In this document: positions 11,436-22,219 of the stretch, piece after piece
Layout: each line of letters begins with the position of its first letter
How positions within the stretch are numbered: the first letter of the stretch is position 1
Source: an uncultured Methanosarcinaceae archaeon
GTDB taxonomy: Archaea; Halobacteriota; Methanosarcinia; Methanosarcinales; Methanosarcinaceae
Length of the DNA: 64,000 bases
Direction: 5' to 3'
Assembly: GCA_963833425.1 (NCBI GenBank)
Contig: CAWHXP010000020.1
Location: 1-64,000 of the forward strand
Notes under the pieces: generated by a model
What the model was told of the DNA's origin: nothing
The model's database searches: none
What the model saw: the letters and a program-made list of their open reading frames with translations, nothing else
Position numbers and translations under genes: made by a program

Positions 11436-11816
11436 ATGAAAGTACTACTTGTAGATGATGATCCAATATTTCTTGAACTGTCAAAGACTTTTCTTGAAGT
11501 ATTTCACGGAATAACATCCGATACTGTGAATTCTGCAAGGGAAGCACTCGCCAAATTGGAGAAAGATTCCTATGATGTGATAGTTTCGGATTACGATATG
11601 CCTTTTATTGATGGCATCACTTTCTTGAGAAGTATACGTAATAAGAAAATTAGCATTCCTTTTATTTTTTTTACTGGATTCGGAAAAGAAGAAATCATGC
11701 ACTTGGCAATAGAAAATGGTGCAAATTCTTTTATACATAAAACAGGTCACCTAAAAATCCAGTATTCAGAGCTGTCAAAGCAAATATGGCAGGTTGTAAG
11801 TAGTAGTACAGGTTAG
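11436..11816 (+). CDS. Stand-alone CheY-like response regulator receiver
   Basis: KVLLVDDD, VSDYDMP (phosphoacceptor Asp), conserved Thr and Lys. Confidence 0.9.
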   Translation: MKVLLVDDDPIFLELSKTFLEVFHGITSDTVNSAREALAKLEKDSYDVIVSDYDMPFIDGITFLRSIRNKKISIPFIFFTGFGKEEIMHLAIENGANSFIHKTGHLKIQYSELSKQIWQVVSSSTG

Positions 11817-11822
11817 CTAATA

Positions 11823-12452
11823 ACACATAAAAATCGATTTTAAAACTATCCACTACCGAAAAATGCAAGAAATGATCTATTGATAAGCTAAAAACTACAA
11901 GCTTGCTTTAGATTAATAGGAGATGAAAACCTTAATTCATCAGAATTTGCATCGATTATGCTTACAATAGTACAGAATATAGATGAATACGAAGATTCAG
12001 ATGCATACCACGAAAATTTAGTAGAACTAATGAGCAATGCGATTAAGTCTGTTACAGAGTAACTATAAAATAGTGACTGATAACTAAAATAACAAAATAT
12101 TCATGTTCCGGGGTCTTTGATCCCCTTTTGATTTATGACTTTTTGAAGCAGTAAGATGTAATTATTATACACGATTCTGAGTTTCTTTGGATCAGATCAT
12201 AAGCTGAGGGGATAATAAAGTAAATAAAATCTTTAAATTGGTGTACCAAACAAATGCTAACTGTGAAAAGACTAACTTTCTAGAACCAAACCTTGAAAGA
12301 GTCAATCTTACAAAGGCTAACATTAAAAGGTTTCTCCTAGATAAATACAAAGCAAGTCGTAAATAATGTCTTGAGAATGTAACCAAAAAGAGGTGAAGAT
12401 CCATTTGATTTTAAACAAACAAGTTTATTCAGTCCAATTTGCTTTTCTGTTT
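11823..12452 (+). repeat. ~620-bp direct repeat, copy 1
   Basis: Aligns by eye at high identity to 14038-14649; holds an ORF remnant (MLTIVQNIDEYEDSDAYHE..) and a pentapeptide remnant. Confidence 0.9.
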
Positions 12453-12730
12453 ACAAATCTAAATGTTGTTTCATTTCCATGATCATAATGTAGAATGCCC
12501 ATTGCTTTAGGTGTGGATACCATTCCTTATAGTCGTGATATGCAATATAACTAATCCTTTACATATCTATTTTTGACACAACTGAATGTAAAGTCATCAT
12601 CATTTACGATCGGTTATTGTTATTGTACACAATGGTGTTGCTGATGTTGTCAACAAGTCTCCAACCTCAATCCTCAAATTTTGATAGTATTATAAATGTT
12701 TAATTGCCTAAATACAACTTTAAACCACCG

Positions 12731-12820
12731 AGGATTCTGATAAACCTTTCATTTTCACGAGTAATCTAGATATCAGATATAAGCACATGACAAAATTCAG
12801 GGGTTGATAGAAATTCTCTA
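12731..12820. repeat. ~90-bp inverted-repeat element (MITE-like)
   Basis: GGATTCTGATAAAC...GTTGATAGAAATTCTCT. Confidence 0.55.
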
Positions 12821-13025
12821 TAGTTTCATATAACACTTGTTTTTGTACTTCAAGTACATAATGCCTACATTAATTCCACTGAAAGTTAATCACAATCAAT
12901 CAAAACCTAGTAATAATAAAAAATATTTTATTTTATCATTTTTGATATGTTTCATTTATACATTCATATATTGTTGTAGAATATAAATCGAATAGCAGAT
13001 GAATAAAGATATTTAAGGAATTTAT

Positions 13026-13574
13026 ATGATCCCAAGAAAAGCTTTTGTGACAAAAGGTACCGGAGTGCATAGGGCTAGACTAGCATCTTTTGAGCTTGCA
13101 TTGAGAGCTGCAGGAATAGAGAAATACAATCTTGTATGTGTTTCAAGCATTCTACCTCCAAATTGTAAAATCGTACCTAAGGAAGAAGGACTTTTACAGC
13201 TAAAACCTGGTGGCATTGTCCATTGTGTACTTGCAAGGAACGATACCAACGAACCACATCGTTTGATGGCTTCAGCTATAGGAACTGCTGTTCCAGTGAA
13301 TGAAGAAAATTACGGCTATATTTCTGAGCATCATTCTTTTGGAGAAGAAGAAATTATTGCGGGAGAATACGCTGAAGACCTGGCAGCAACAATGCTTGCA
13401 ACGACCCTCGGCATAGAGTTTGATGCCGAAATGGCCTGGCATGAGAGAGAACAGGTATACAAAGCTAGCGGGTATATCTTTGACTCATTTCATATTTGCC
13501 AGACTGCAAAAGGTGACAAAGATGGTAAATGGACAACAGTAATAGCTGCAATGGTCTTTGTTACTACAGACTAA
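13026..13574 (+). CDS. pdaD: Pyruvoyl-dependent arginine decarboxylase
   Basis: SFELALRAAGIEKYNLVCVSSILPP with Ser-Ser cleavage site; GYISEHH. Confidence 0.9.
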   Translation: MIPRKAFVTKGTGVHRARLASFELALRAAGIEKYNLVCVSSILPPNCKIVPKEEGLLQLKPGGIVHCVLARNDTNEPHRLMASAIGTAVPVNEENYGYISEHHSFGEEEIIAGEYAEDLAATMLATTLGIEFDAEMAWHEREQVYKASGYIFDSFHICQTAKGDKDGKWTTVIAAMVFVTTD

Positions 13575-13666
13575 AGGGTATTTCGATAAACTCCAATCTT
13601 TAGCTGTTTGTTTATAATATCTACATAGGCAATTTGTTGAAATCTGAAGTTTATCGAAATTCTCTA
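13573..13666. repeat. ~90-bp inverted-repeat element (MITE-like)
   Basis: ATTTCGATAAAC...GTTTATCGAAAT perfect 12-bp inverted termini just after the pdaD stop. Confidence 0.65.
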
Positions 13667-14037
13667 CATACTTTTCCCATGTTCAAATAAAATGTGGAGA
13701 AATTCTTATGCCCACTGTTTTCAATAATCTAACTCTCAACTCTTTCTCGGTCAAATGAGATAAGTGCTGATTCTTTGAGCAAAGCCACCTACTTTAGAGA
13801 CTTTTTGAAACTTTTGTTCCGATTGAAACTTTTGTTCAGAAACAAATTTTCATACAATCAATATTAAATAACAATATGGATAATTAAGTTTTCTGTATTA
13901 GGTATTTTGATTGAATCCTTATTGATTTGTTTTGGACCCGGAATCTCTCTTCAAAGACACAGGGTTGACATCAGGATTGGCTTAAAATTAATGTGAGAAC
14001 GCACTAATAATCATTAAAAGCAATCTAGTTGATTAGA

Positions 14038-14649
14038 GCACATAAAATTCGATTTTGAAACTAGCCCTGCCGAAAAATGCAATAATTGGTCTATTGATAA
14101 GCTGAAAACTACAAGCTTGCTTTAGAGTAACAGGAGAGGAAAAACCTGAATTCACCAGAATTTGCATCGATTATGCTTACAATAGTACAGAATATAGATG
14201 AATACGAAGATTCAGATGCATACCACGAAACTTTAGTAGAACTAATGAGCAATGCGATTAAGTTTGTTACAGAGTAACTATAAAATAGTGACTGATAACT
14301 AAAATAACAAAATATTCATGTTAGGGTCTTCGATTCCCTTTTGATTTATGACTTTTTGAAGCAGTAAGATTAATTATTATACACAATTCTGAGTTTCTTT
14401 GGATCAGATAATAAGCTGAGGGGATAATAAAGTAAATAAAATCTTCAAATTGATGCACCAAACAAATGCTAACCTTCAAGAACCAAACCTTGAAAAAGTT
14501 AATCTTACAAAGGCAGCATTAAAAGGGTTCTCCTGGATAAATATAACGAAAGTCGTAACGATTGTCTTGAGAATATAATCGAAAAGAGGTGAAAACCCAT
14601 TTTATTTTAAACAAACACGTTTTTCCAGCCCAATTTGCTTTTATGTTTT
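14038..14649 (+). repeat. ~620-bp direct repeat, copy 2
   Basis: Paralogue of 11823-12452; abuts array unit B1. Confidence 0.9.
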
Positions 14650-14651
14650 TA

Positions 14652-14792
14652 AATATAAATGTAATTAAATCTAGTTATATTTCATTGGCTCTCAAAACCT
14701 TAAACGGATTCTCTATCAAATTGCAGACAACGACTCCCTGAGTCACAAAATCAACTTTTTTGACATTTTAGATCAACAGGATCCCCTAAGCT
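14652..14792 (+). ncRNA. Two-hairpin RNA family, array unit B1 (degenerate)
   Basis: TATA-like ~14652; ACCTT ~14697-14701; TTGCAGAcaacgactcCCTGAGT; CACAAAATCAACTTTTTTGACATTTTAGATC tail. Confidence 0.5.
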
Positions 14793-14915
14793 AATAAAAT
14801 AAAAGAGCTCTCATTTTGGGATTTGAGTAATAATCTATCAATATTATCTCTTTGTGTTCATATAACTCTGCAAAAGTTTGCTGCGGATACTGGTGCAAGG
14901 ACATTAGATAGCCCA

Positions 14916-15120
14916 AAGATTAGGACTGCATAATTTTCTTACTATTTAGTTTAATTAGTGCTATTTAGGATATATGCAAAAGATATATAACAAATCAAAC
15001 AGAGTTTTAATTAATAGATTTCCCCACCTTCTGTAGATTTTCCATTGGGCTGTAGGTAATTCCCACCACAGCTCATAAGACCAACTTTTCTGATATTTTA
15101 GATCGCCTGCTCACCTAAGC
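14916..15120 (+). ncRNA. Promoter module + two-hairpin RNA, array unit B2
   Basis: GATTAGGACTGCATAATTTT box; CTATTTAG at 14942 and 14961; TATA 14984; GGGCTGTAGG/CCACAGCTC 15047-15074; ATAAGACCAACTTTT. Confidence 0.6.
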
Positions 15121-15296
15121 TAATTAAATAAAGTAGATAAGCCCCATTCTGGGAGATTTAAGGCATTTACTTGAGTAGGACCGGGGTATTTTTTTCATTG
15201 GGTAGATTATAACCATGTTGTAGGGGCTGAGAATTAATCAGTTCATAATGAGCTTGATTGGCTTCATCATGAAAGCAAGGATGTCTAATACAAATA

Positions 15297-15474
15297 CTAA
15301 TTAGTTAAGGTTATTACTATTTAGTATATGTGCAAAAACTATATAATAAATCAAATATGATATAATTCATAGGTATTACTCATACCTTGCAGTAGACTTT
15401 CCGACAAGCTGCAGGCATCTCTTCACCTGCAGCCAAGAAGGTCAACTTTTTGGCATCTAGGATCAGCTAGATCA
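15297..15474 (+). ncRNA. Promoter module + two-hairpin RNA, array unit B3
   Basis: CTAATTAG 15297, CTATTTAG 15317, TATA 15340; AGGTAT/ATACCT 15371-15387; perfect GCTGCAGG/CCTGCAGC 15408-15433; T-tract 15447-15451; GATCAGCTAGATCA. Confidence 0.65.
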
Positions 15475-15924
15475 TTTAAATTGATAAAAAAGCTAAGTAA
15501 TTTATGGCTTTCGACGATGCAGTGGTTGTTATTTACATGCTCAATGACAAAATTAAGGTGAAGCAAGCTGTACATCTTATGGTTAAAGGCATGGTTGGAG
15601 GTGCATTTTTGGGGATCTTGATAGAAATGTTTACTTTGTTTCTCTTCGCGAAATGGGCTGAAGACCAGGCACTAGATAAATTAAACAAGTTCAAAGAAAT
15701 GATAAAATAAAAGTCAGCCCACCGAAATTTGCTCAATTAATCTTTATGAAAGCTACTATTGAGAGTGTTTTTCGCGAGCTGAATAATTTGCTTCTCCTGA
15801 AAATAATTCTCAGTCCATGAACGTTTTTAGGTTCAAGATTTCACAGAAAAAGTGGCATAATGTCAATCTAATTAATTAAATTAAATCACAATCATAAATG
15901 GAAAAATCCCAAAAGGTTGTTGTC

Positions 15925-16012
15925 ATGGTTCATAAGATTAGGATTACATGCATCTAGTAATATTTAGTTATATTTGTTAATATATAGAATATTTGCAAAA
16001 GGTATATATTTA
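15925..16012 (+). promoter_or_regulatory. Promoter-only copy of the conserved module
   Basis: ATGGTTCATAAGATTAGGATTACAT..TATTTAGTT..TATATAGAATATTTGCAAAAGG-TATATATT; no hairpin RNA follows. Confidence 0.55.
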
Positions 16013-16242
16013 ATCATATCCAGCTAATATATTATGATATATAAATACACTATAACATAAATCCTGGAATAAAATTTTTTAGTGTAACTATATATCACTG
16101 TGTATCTGAAGATGAAAGTTTATCAAGGAGCTTAATAATAGATACCCCAAGCAGAAGGATCTTAGACCCTTATTTACTCAATCTTGAGATAATAAATCTT
16201 AAGTAAGGCTTTATATTACATAGGTTCCTATTCGTGGAGCGT

Positions 16243-16669
16243 CCCGTAGGCAAGTTAAATGTATTCTGTATATAAGGGACCAGCACAATGAGCCCGAAGA
16301 ATCCAAATACAACAGAAGGAATCCCTGCGAGAATCTCGATAAAGGGTTTCAAGAAATCTGCAACTTTAAGATGTGAGACCTCGGAAATGTATACTGCACA
16401 AGCGATTCCCAAAGGCACTGAAAAAATAACTGAGCCAGCAGTCACGAGAAGGGAACCAAGAAATAAAGGTAGTAACCCAAATTGCTGGTGTATGGATGTT
16501 GGTACCACAATTTTCCTGTGAGAAAGTCCAATATTGAAATTTTTTTAAACAAAAGTAAACTGTCGCTGAATATAAAATAGCACATAAGTAATAGGACGAT
16601 GACCGTAAGGGCACTGACTAAGAAGAATCTTGATTCGATTACTTTTTCCTTATGATTCCTGTTAAACAT
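16243..16669 (-). pseudogene. pstC: Phosphate ABC permease PstC, frameshifted and truncated
   Basis: FGLLPL..GSLLVT..VPLGIACAVYISE, IEILAGIPSVVFGFFG; similarity lost after NLPTG. Confidence 0.85.
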
Positions 16670-16782
16670 ATTTCCCTCTTGAAAATAACCTTTACTTATT
16701 TGCTTCGTTAGTGGGAAGCACTTATTCTACTTACCAAATCTATAATTAAATTTCCGTGGAATTCGATGATCAAAAAATTTGC

Positions 16783-17432
16783 TTAGTTTAGTTTGACATG
16801 CTCAGAGGTAACAAGATAAACTACACTTTCACAGATATTACAACAGTGATCAGCAATCCTTTCAATGTTACGAATCATGAGAAATCGATATGTAGATATG
16901 GAAATGATGTTTCGATCTTTCGTCATCATTTCTATCAACTCACTCCAAACTGTATAAAAAAGTTCATCTACATCATCAGCTCTAGCTGCTGTTGTCCTTG
17001 CGAGTTCTTGGTCACGCATCTCGAACGCCCTGAGGGAATTCTCAAGCATGTATGCTGCAATGTCTGCCATTTTTTTCGAGTCTACGGGAGGTTTTATATG
17101 GCTGCTCTCGATTTTTCCGGGAATTTTTGCAATGTTTATTGATAGCCCCATAATCCTTTTGAGATTTGCTGAAATTTTGAGAGCGGATATTACAAGCCGA
17201 AGATCATGGCTATTGGCTGTTGAAGTGCGAGTAAATCAAGGATGGAAACCTCAATTTCTTCTTCAAATTCATCCACTTTTGCTTCAAAGGCAAGTATTTT
17301 TTCAGCCATTTCGACATCTAAATCTATAACTGCAATCATCGAATCTCTGAAGATCAATTCAACCGTCTTTCCAAATGAAAGTACCGACTCCTTGAGCATG
17401 TCCAAATGTCTTAAATATCGTTCTCGAGGCAT
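16783..17432 (-). pseudogene. phoU: Phosphate regulator PhoU, frameshifted
   Basis: LLALQQPIA then shift near 17205; DDVDELF, IERIADHCCNICESVVY. Confidence 0.85.
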
Positions 17433-17439
17433 TTTTCAA

Positions 17440-18237
17440 TCACCCAAACCTGCCAGTAATGTAATCCTCAGTGAGTTTTTCTCGAGGATTATGAAAAATC
17501 TTTCTGGTTTGGTCGAATTCAACCAATTCCCCCATTAAGAAAAAGCCCGTATAGTCTGATACTCTGGCTGCTTGTTGCATATTATGAGTTACAATTACTA
17601 TAGTATAATCTTTTTTAAGATCCATGATAAGTTCTTCAATCTTTGAAGTGGAAATCGGATCAAGAGCGCTGCATGGTTCATCTAAAAGAATAACTGTGGG
17701 CCTTACTGCAAGGGTCCTGGCTATGCAAAGCCTCTGCTGCTGCCCTCCACTCAGGGAAAGCGCAGGAGATTTGAGCCTTGATGATGTTTCGTCCCAGAGT
17801 GCAGCCGACTGAAGGGAACTCTTGACAAGATTATCTATATCTTTTTTATTTACACCATGTATACGCGGCCCATATGCAATATTATCATAAATAGACATTG
17901 GAAAAGGGTTTGGTTTCTGGAAAACCATCCCTACATTTTTCCGGAGGTCAACAACATCTACGCCTTTTCCGTAGATATTCTTGCCTTCGATCAAAATTCT
18001 CCCTTCAACTTTGCAGTTTTTGATAAGATCGTTCATCCTATTTAAGCAACGAAGAAAAGTGGACTTGCCGCAACCGGAAGGGCCTATGAGAGCTGTTACT
18101 CCGTTTTTTGCAATCCGCATGGAGATATTCTTAAGAGCCTGTTTTTCCCCGTACCATAGATTAAGGTCTTCTATTTCTATATTGGGTTGAGACACGTTTT
18201 GGGGTTGATTTGGTATATTTAATAAAGTTTCAGTCAT
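17440..18237 (-). CDS. pstB: Phosphate ABC transporter ATP-binding protein
   Basis: [43 protein letters not shown] 18237 preferred over 18279. Confidence 0.95.
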   Translation of the reverse strand: MTETLLNIPNQPQNVSQPNIEIEDLNLWYGEKQALKNISMRIAKNGVTALIGPSGCGKSTFLRCLNRMNDLIKNCKVEGRILIEGKNIYGKGVDVVDLRKNVGMVFQKPNPFPMSIYDNIAYGPRIHGVNKKDIDNLVKSSLQSAALWDETSSRLKSPALSLSGGQQQRLCIARTLAVRPTVILLDEPCSALDPISTSKIEELIMDLKKDYTIVIVTHNMQQAARVSDYTGFFLMGELVEFDQTRKIFHNPREKLTEDYITGRFG

Positions 18238-18380
18238 CAAGAACCTCAATTTATTTATATTGTACAAAAATATGAACAAGTTCAGAATGAGTGGTTTAAT
18301 TTCCCAAATAAAGGAAATTGTTCTATAAATTTGGAGAAATTTTTATTGTTTTTCCAAAATTGGAGAAAAACCAGAAAAAA

Positions 18381-18653
18381 TTAAAAAAATCTTAAAATAT
18401 CATTTTTTAACATCTCAATTAGCTCGCTTTTTATAAGATTCTGCAGATACAAATGGTTATAGCACCTTTTTGTGCATCTTTCGTCCTTTAAGCACATGTT
18501 GACAAGTTTTTGATGTGTATTTTCGTCTATACATGCGATATCGAGGAGCACAAAAACTGCGGCAATTGCTAGTTCTATTTCTTTTATGAAATCAATATCC
18601 CATTTAACTTCTCCTGCGAATTCGTTAAGTTCAGGGTTTATGCTAAAATCCAA
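18381..18653 (-). CDS. Hypothetical protein (start uncertain)
   Basis: 90-aa ORF downstream of a promoter-module copy on the same strand. Confidence 0.4.
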   Translation of the reverse strand: MDFSINPELNEFAGEVKWDIDFIKEIELAIAAVFVLLDIACIDENTHQKLVNMCLKDERCTKRCYNHLYLQNLIKSELIEMLKNDILRFF

Positions 18654-18778
18654 CTCAGCTATACTCTTAACTCCCCTTCGTTTTCTGTTTGATTTCGACG
18701 CGTTTCAATCCAATATATGAAATACAAGTTTTTATGAACTTGTCTTCATTCCATTGTTCTAAATTATACTTCTCTCTG

Positions 18779-18867
18779 ATTTAGTATATATTTTCTGTAT
18801 ATATTCTAAATAGTACTAACTTAAACTAATGACACTAAAATTACGTGGTCATGATCCCACAAACCAC
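18779..18867 (-). promoter_or_regulatory. Promoter-only copy of the conserved module
   Basis: Reverse complement ACCACGTAATTTTAGTGTCATTAGTTTAAGTTAGTACTATTTAGAATATATACAGAAAATATATACTAAAT is nearly identical to 1381-1452. Confidence 0.75.
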
Positions 18868-19135
18868 TACAGTGACAATAAAAACTGAAGAATTGTGGTT
18901 ATCAAACGACTTTGAGTGTCGCAAATAGTCGTGTGGAATACATAAGGAAAATTCTAAAACAATAAAGTTATTCATTCTGAATTATAGCACATTGGAAATA
19001 CTGACTTTGACAAAATGCTTAAATATTATTATGACGATTATGTATATAGAAACTAAATAAAATCTATATGGTTCCTCAGAAGTATTTATATTATTAGAAA
19101 ATATAAATAAGATTGATCATGGGGCAATAACCAGA

Positions 19136-20537
19136 ATGCTACTTACCTATAAAATAAAGCATAATCGGGATTTTTCGGAGGAACTCCAAAAAGCTCGAAA
19201 GGTTGCTGAATTTTGTATCAAACATAGGATTCAAAATCGAAATCTTGATTCGCTTCCCACTCCAGAATCTGTTTCTTATGATTATAATTTTCCTGTTTCT
19301 CCTCTTCATTCAAAGCAATTTGGAAATTATGAGAAAAATCAGAACCAGAGGCATAGAAATAGGACGAAAACAAATTCTCGGTCTGTATCTGATTTATTTC
19401 CAATGTCTGATTTTCTTTATCCCGGGGATGTTAAGCACATAGGCTTGAAGTCAACGATTTCCAGCCAGATTCTTAGGAAATATTCCCGAAACCAGGACCT
19501 CAAATCCGTTAAGGATGTAAAATTAATTATTCCGTCGCAAGCTGTTAGTGTCTTAAAGAAAGAAAAAACTCTTATAATTCCTTGCTTGAAACTTCTACTT
19601 AACTACCATTTTTCCAATGATTTTAACAAAATTTCCCAGATAGAAATAGATCACATATATGCTTATGTGGCAGTTGTCTTTCCAAACGAAGAACTCAAAA
19701 GTTCCGAGCACTATATAGGAGTCGACCGCAATACCAGGAGTCATATTGCAGTTGTAGCAGACCCAGAGTCCGGTAAAATCTGGAAATTAGGTAAAATGCG
19801 CTACCACACACATAAAAAATACGAAAATATAAAAAAGAGACTTTATAATACGGGCAAATACGAACAACTAAAAGCTGTAAAAAACAGGGAAAAAAACATT
19901 ATAAATAATCTTAATCATCAGATTAGCCGAAAGATTGTGAATATTGCTCTGTATAATGGGTGTGGAATCAAACTCGAAGATTTAAATGGACTCAGAAAAC
20001 TCAATAGCAAAATTGGAGGTGTAGAAAATGGTGAGAAAAATAAACACGAAAACAAAAAAAGGGAACAGAAAAGAGACAAAGACAGAGAACAAAAAAATAA
20101 ACAAAAAAGCTATCAAAAACAAAAGCAAAATCCTCAAATATACGTGTTCAAGTGAATACTCCCTGAACAGCTGGTCTTTTCATCAACTTCATCAATTTAT
20201 TGAATATAAAGCCAGGCTGCTAGGAGTAGAGGTAGCTTATATTGATCCCCATGCTACTAGTAAGAGGTGTAGCCGCTGTGGACATACAGGCAACCGACAC
20301 AGCAAACAATTTGAATGTCCACACTGTGGTCATGTTGATCATGCCGATGTCAATGCCGCCTTTAACATAGCTTTGACGCCAAAAAGCAATGGCCAATTCT
20401 CTGCAGAAAGAGATGTAGGGAAAGGGAATACTGACACCCCTCTACGGATCCTGGACCGTGCAAATTTCGGTAAACGGATAGCCAGAAAAGAAACTTCTCC
20501 ACAGTTTGCGTGGGAAGTATGTCAGTTTTTAGCCTAA
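19136..20537 (+). pseudogene. tnpB: TnpB (IS200/IS605, no adjacent tnpA) with two insertions and one frameshift
   Basis: RuvC motifs YIGVDRN, IKLEDL, HADVNAAFNI; WSFHQL..FIEYKA; CSRCG/CPHCG zinc finger; frame change within 20028-20155. Confidence 0.85.
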
Positions 20538-20619
20538 GAAGTATTTCTGGTCTTTTGAACTCTAAGGAGAGCATTCTTCTTCCTCGGAGGGTATCAACCC
20601 GAAAGGGTTGGTAGTTCGC
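20493..20619 (+). mobile_element. Two IS200/IS605 right-end-like hairpins downstream of the tnpB core
   Basis: ACTTCTCCAC..GTGGGAAGT-ATGTCAG (20493-20525) and TATCAACCC-GAAA-GGGTTGGTA-GTTCGC (20592-20619); the latter tail resembles GGTAGTTCAC at 22196-22205. Confidence 0.45.
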
Positions 20620-20905
20620 TATATGTGTCTGAAGATATTTTTTCTAACGTTGACCATTGAGAACCCGCAAATTTCTTATTGTACAGAGATATCCTGTTCA
20701 CGAAGTACGGCTGGAAACCATCAAGCTAAATTAAACTCTTTTTTTCAAAATGTTTGTTTCTAATTGACGCAGACGATATTAATATTAATATACTGTAATA
20801 TATAGTACTATTTAGCCTTACTATAGCTATTATGATAATGAATATATATCTAAACGATAATCTAATTAGTAATTAATAATTAATATATGTAAATTCAAAA
20901 TCCAT

Positions 20906-21592
20906 ATGAGCTTCAAAGAAATTATAAGAAAGATTTCTATGCTTCAAAATGGGAAAATTAAAGGCTTAATCTTTGATTGCTACAAAACCCTTATTGATAT
21001 CAGGACCGATGAGCGAAGCTGGGAAACAAATAAAAGGGTAAGTGATTGGTTACTCTATAATGGAGTACGTATTAGCCCTGATAGATTAAGGGAAGAATAC
21101 AAGTGGAAAGTCATAGGTAGGCTGGGCAATTCGGATCAAAAGCACCCAGATATTCGTATCGAAGAAATTTTTGCTGAGATTTGTGCTGATTATGCTTTTA
21201 GAAAAATAGATCCATATTGGCTTGGGATTGAAACCGCGAAAGCTTTCAGAACTGCGTCCTTAAGAAAACTGAATGTCTACCCCCAAAGTCTGCGTTTACT
21301 TGAAAAATACCGAAGTATACCCAAGTGCATTGTTTCTAACGCTCAGAGAGTTTTTACGGAACAGGAACTTCGCTTTTTTAGCTTATACGACCGCTTTAAT
21401 TTCACAATCATGTCTTCTGATTATTATATCAAAAAACCCGACCCCAAGCTCTTCAAGATGGCTCTTGATCGACTTGGACTTGAGCCCTGGGAAGTGCTCT
21501 CTATTGGTGATACGCCGGAAAATGATATTTATCCACCTCAAAGTATTGGGATGAATGCGATGCTTATCAATGATGCCTGGAAGTATGGATAA
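20906..21592 (+). CDS. HAD-superfamily hydrolase
   Basis: IFDCYKTL, IVSNA, KKPDPKLF, IGDTPENDI motifs. Confidence 0.85.
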   Translation: MSFKEIIRKISMLQNGKIKGLIFDCYKTLIDIRTDERSWETNKRVSDWLLYNGVRISPDRLREEYKWKVIGRLGNSDQKHPDIRIEEIFAEICADYAFRKIDPYWLGIETAKAFRTASLRKLNVYPQSLRLLEKYRSIPKCIVSNAQRVFTEQELRFFSLYDRFNFTIMSSDYYIKKPDPKLFKMALDRLGLEPWEVLSIGDTPENDIYPPQSIGMNAMLINDAWKYG

Positions 21593-22084
21593 TCCCCACC
21601 AGAATGATTAATGTTTCAATAGACCAATATCATTAAATCATTTAATGTAAAGGGTTCTGATGTATCTTTGATTTTTTTTCCTTCGTAAAAATCCGGTTTA
21701 AATCTTCCCAGATAATTTTTGTTGCCAATGGGCGTTTAATTTCCCCCACCCTGGTAAGTTTATATTTATTCACATTGTGAGATAACTTTTATTCAATATT
21801 TAATGAATCCACTTGAAACTACTGGTAGATATTTATCATTTTTACATCCGATTTCTTTTTTTAACCTGTAATTTCCCCCTCGATGTTAATTGTTATTAAT
21901 GATGGAATATTTGAGAGATTATCGGTTGACGGCCGTATAAAAATAATTAATGGAATAATCTCAATTATATGAAAAAAGGAAGTGGAGTGCACATTGATTT
22001 ATCCAAAGAACAAATTAAATAATTATATTTTTAGCAAATCAAACCTTGGAAGAGAAGTTTCATTCTGTAGTCATAAAAAGAAGT

Positions 22085-22205
22085 GAAAAAATTGTTTTCT
22101 CAAAACCCTCCAAAAAAATGAGATTGATGGGCTTAGGGACTTATTTTCAAAAGAGAGCGAAATGAACCCAGAAGCCGCTTAGTCTTTAGGTGAGAGGTAG
22201 TTCAC
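22085..22205 (+). mobile_element. Solo IS200/IS605 right-end (omega-RNA region) remnant
   Basis: Homologous to reverse complement of ~8159-8270 (CGCTTAGTCTT..G.TGAG.G.TAGTTCA). Confidence 0.6.
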
Positions 22206-22219
22206 CTAAAGAGAAGGTA

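Noticed and set aside
14652..15474. RNA-unit arrays as CRISPR or guide-RNA arrays
   Set aside because: Period is 330-370 bp, each unit has its own promoter, the linkers are related to each other rather than independent spacers, and no cas gene is recognisable.
20050..20063. Programmed -1 frameshift in tnpB at A7GGG
   Set aside because: The downstream ORF is in the +1 frame, not -1.
20625..20720. Hammerhead ribozyme (CTGAAGA ... GAAA)
   Set aside because: I could not build the three required stems around the core.
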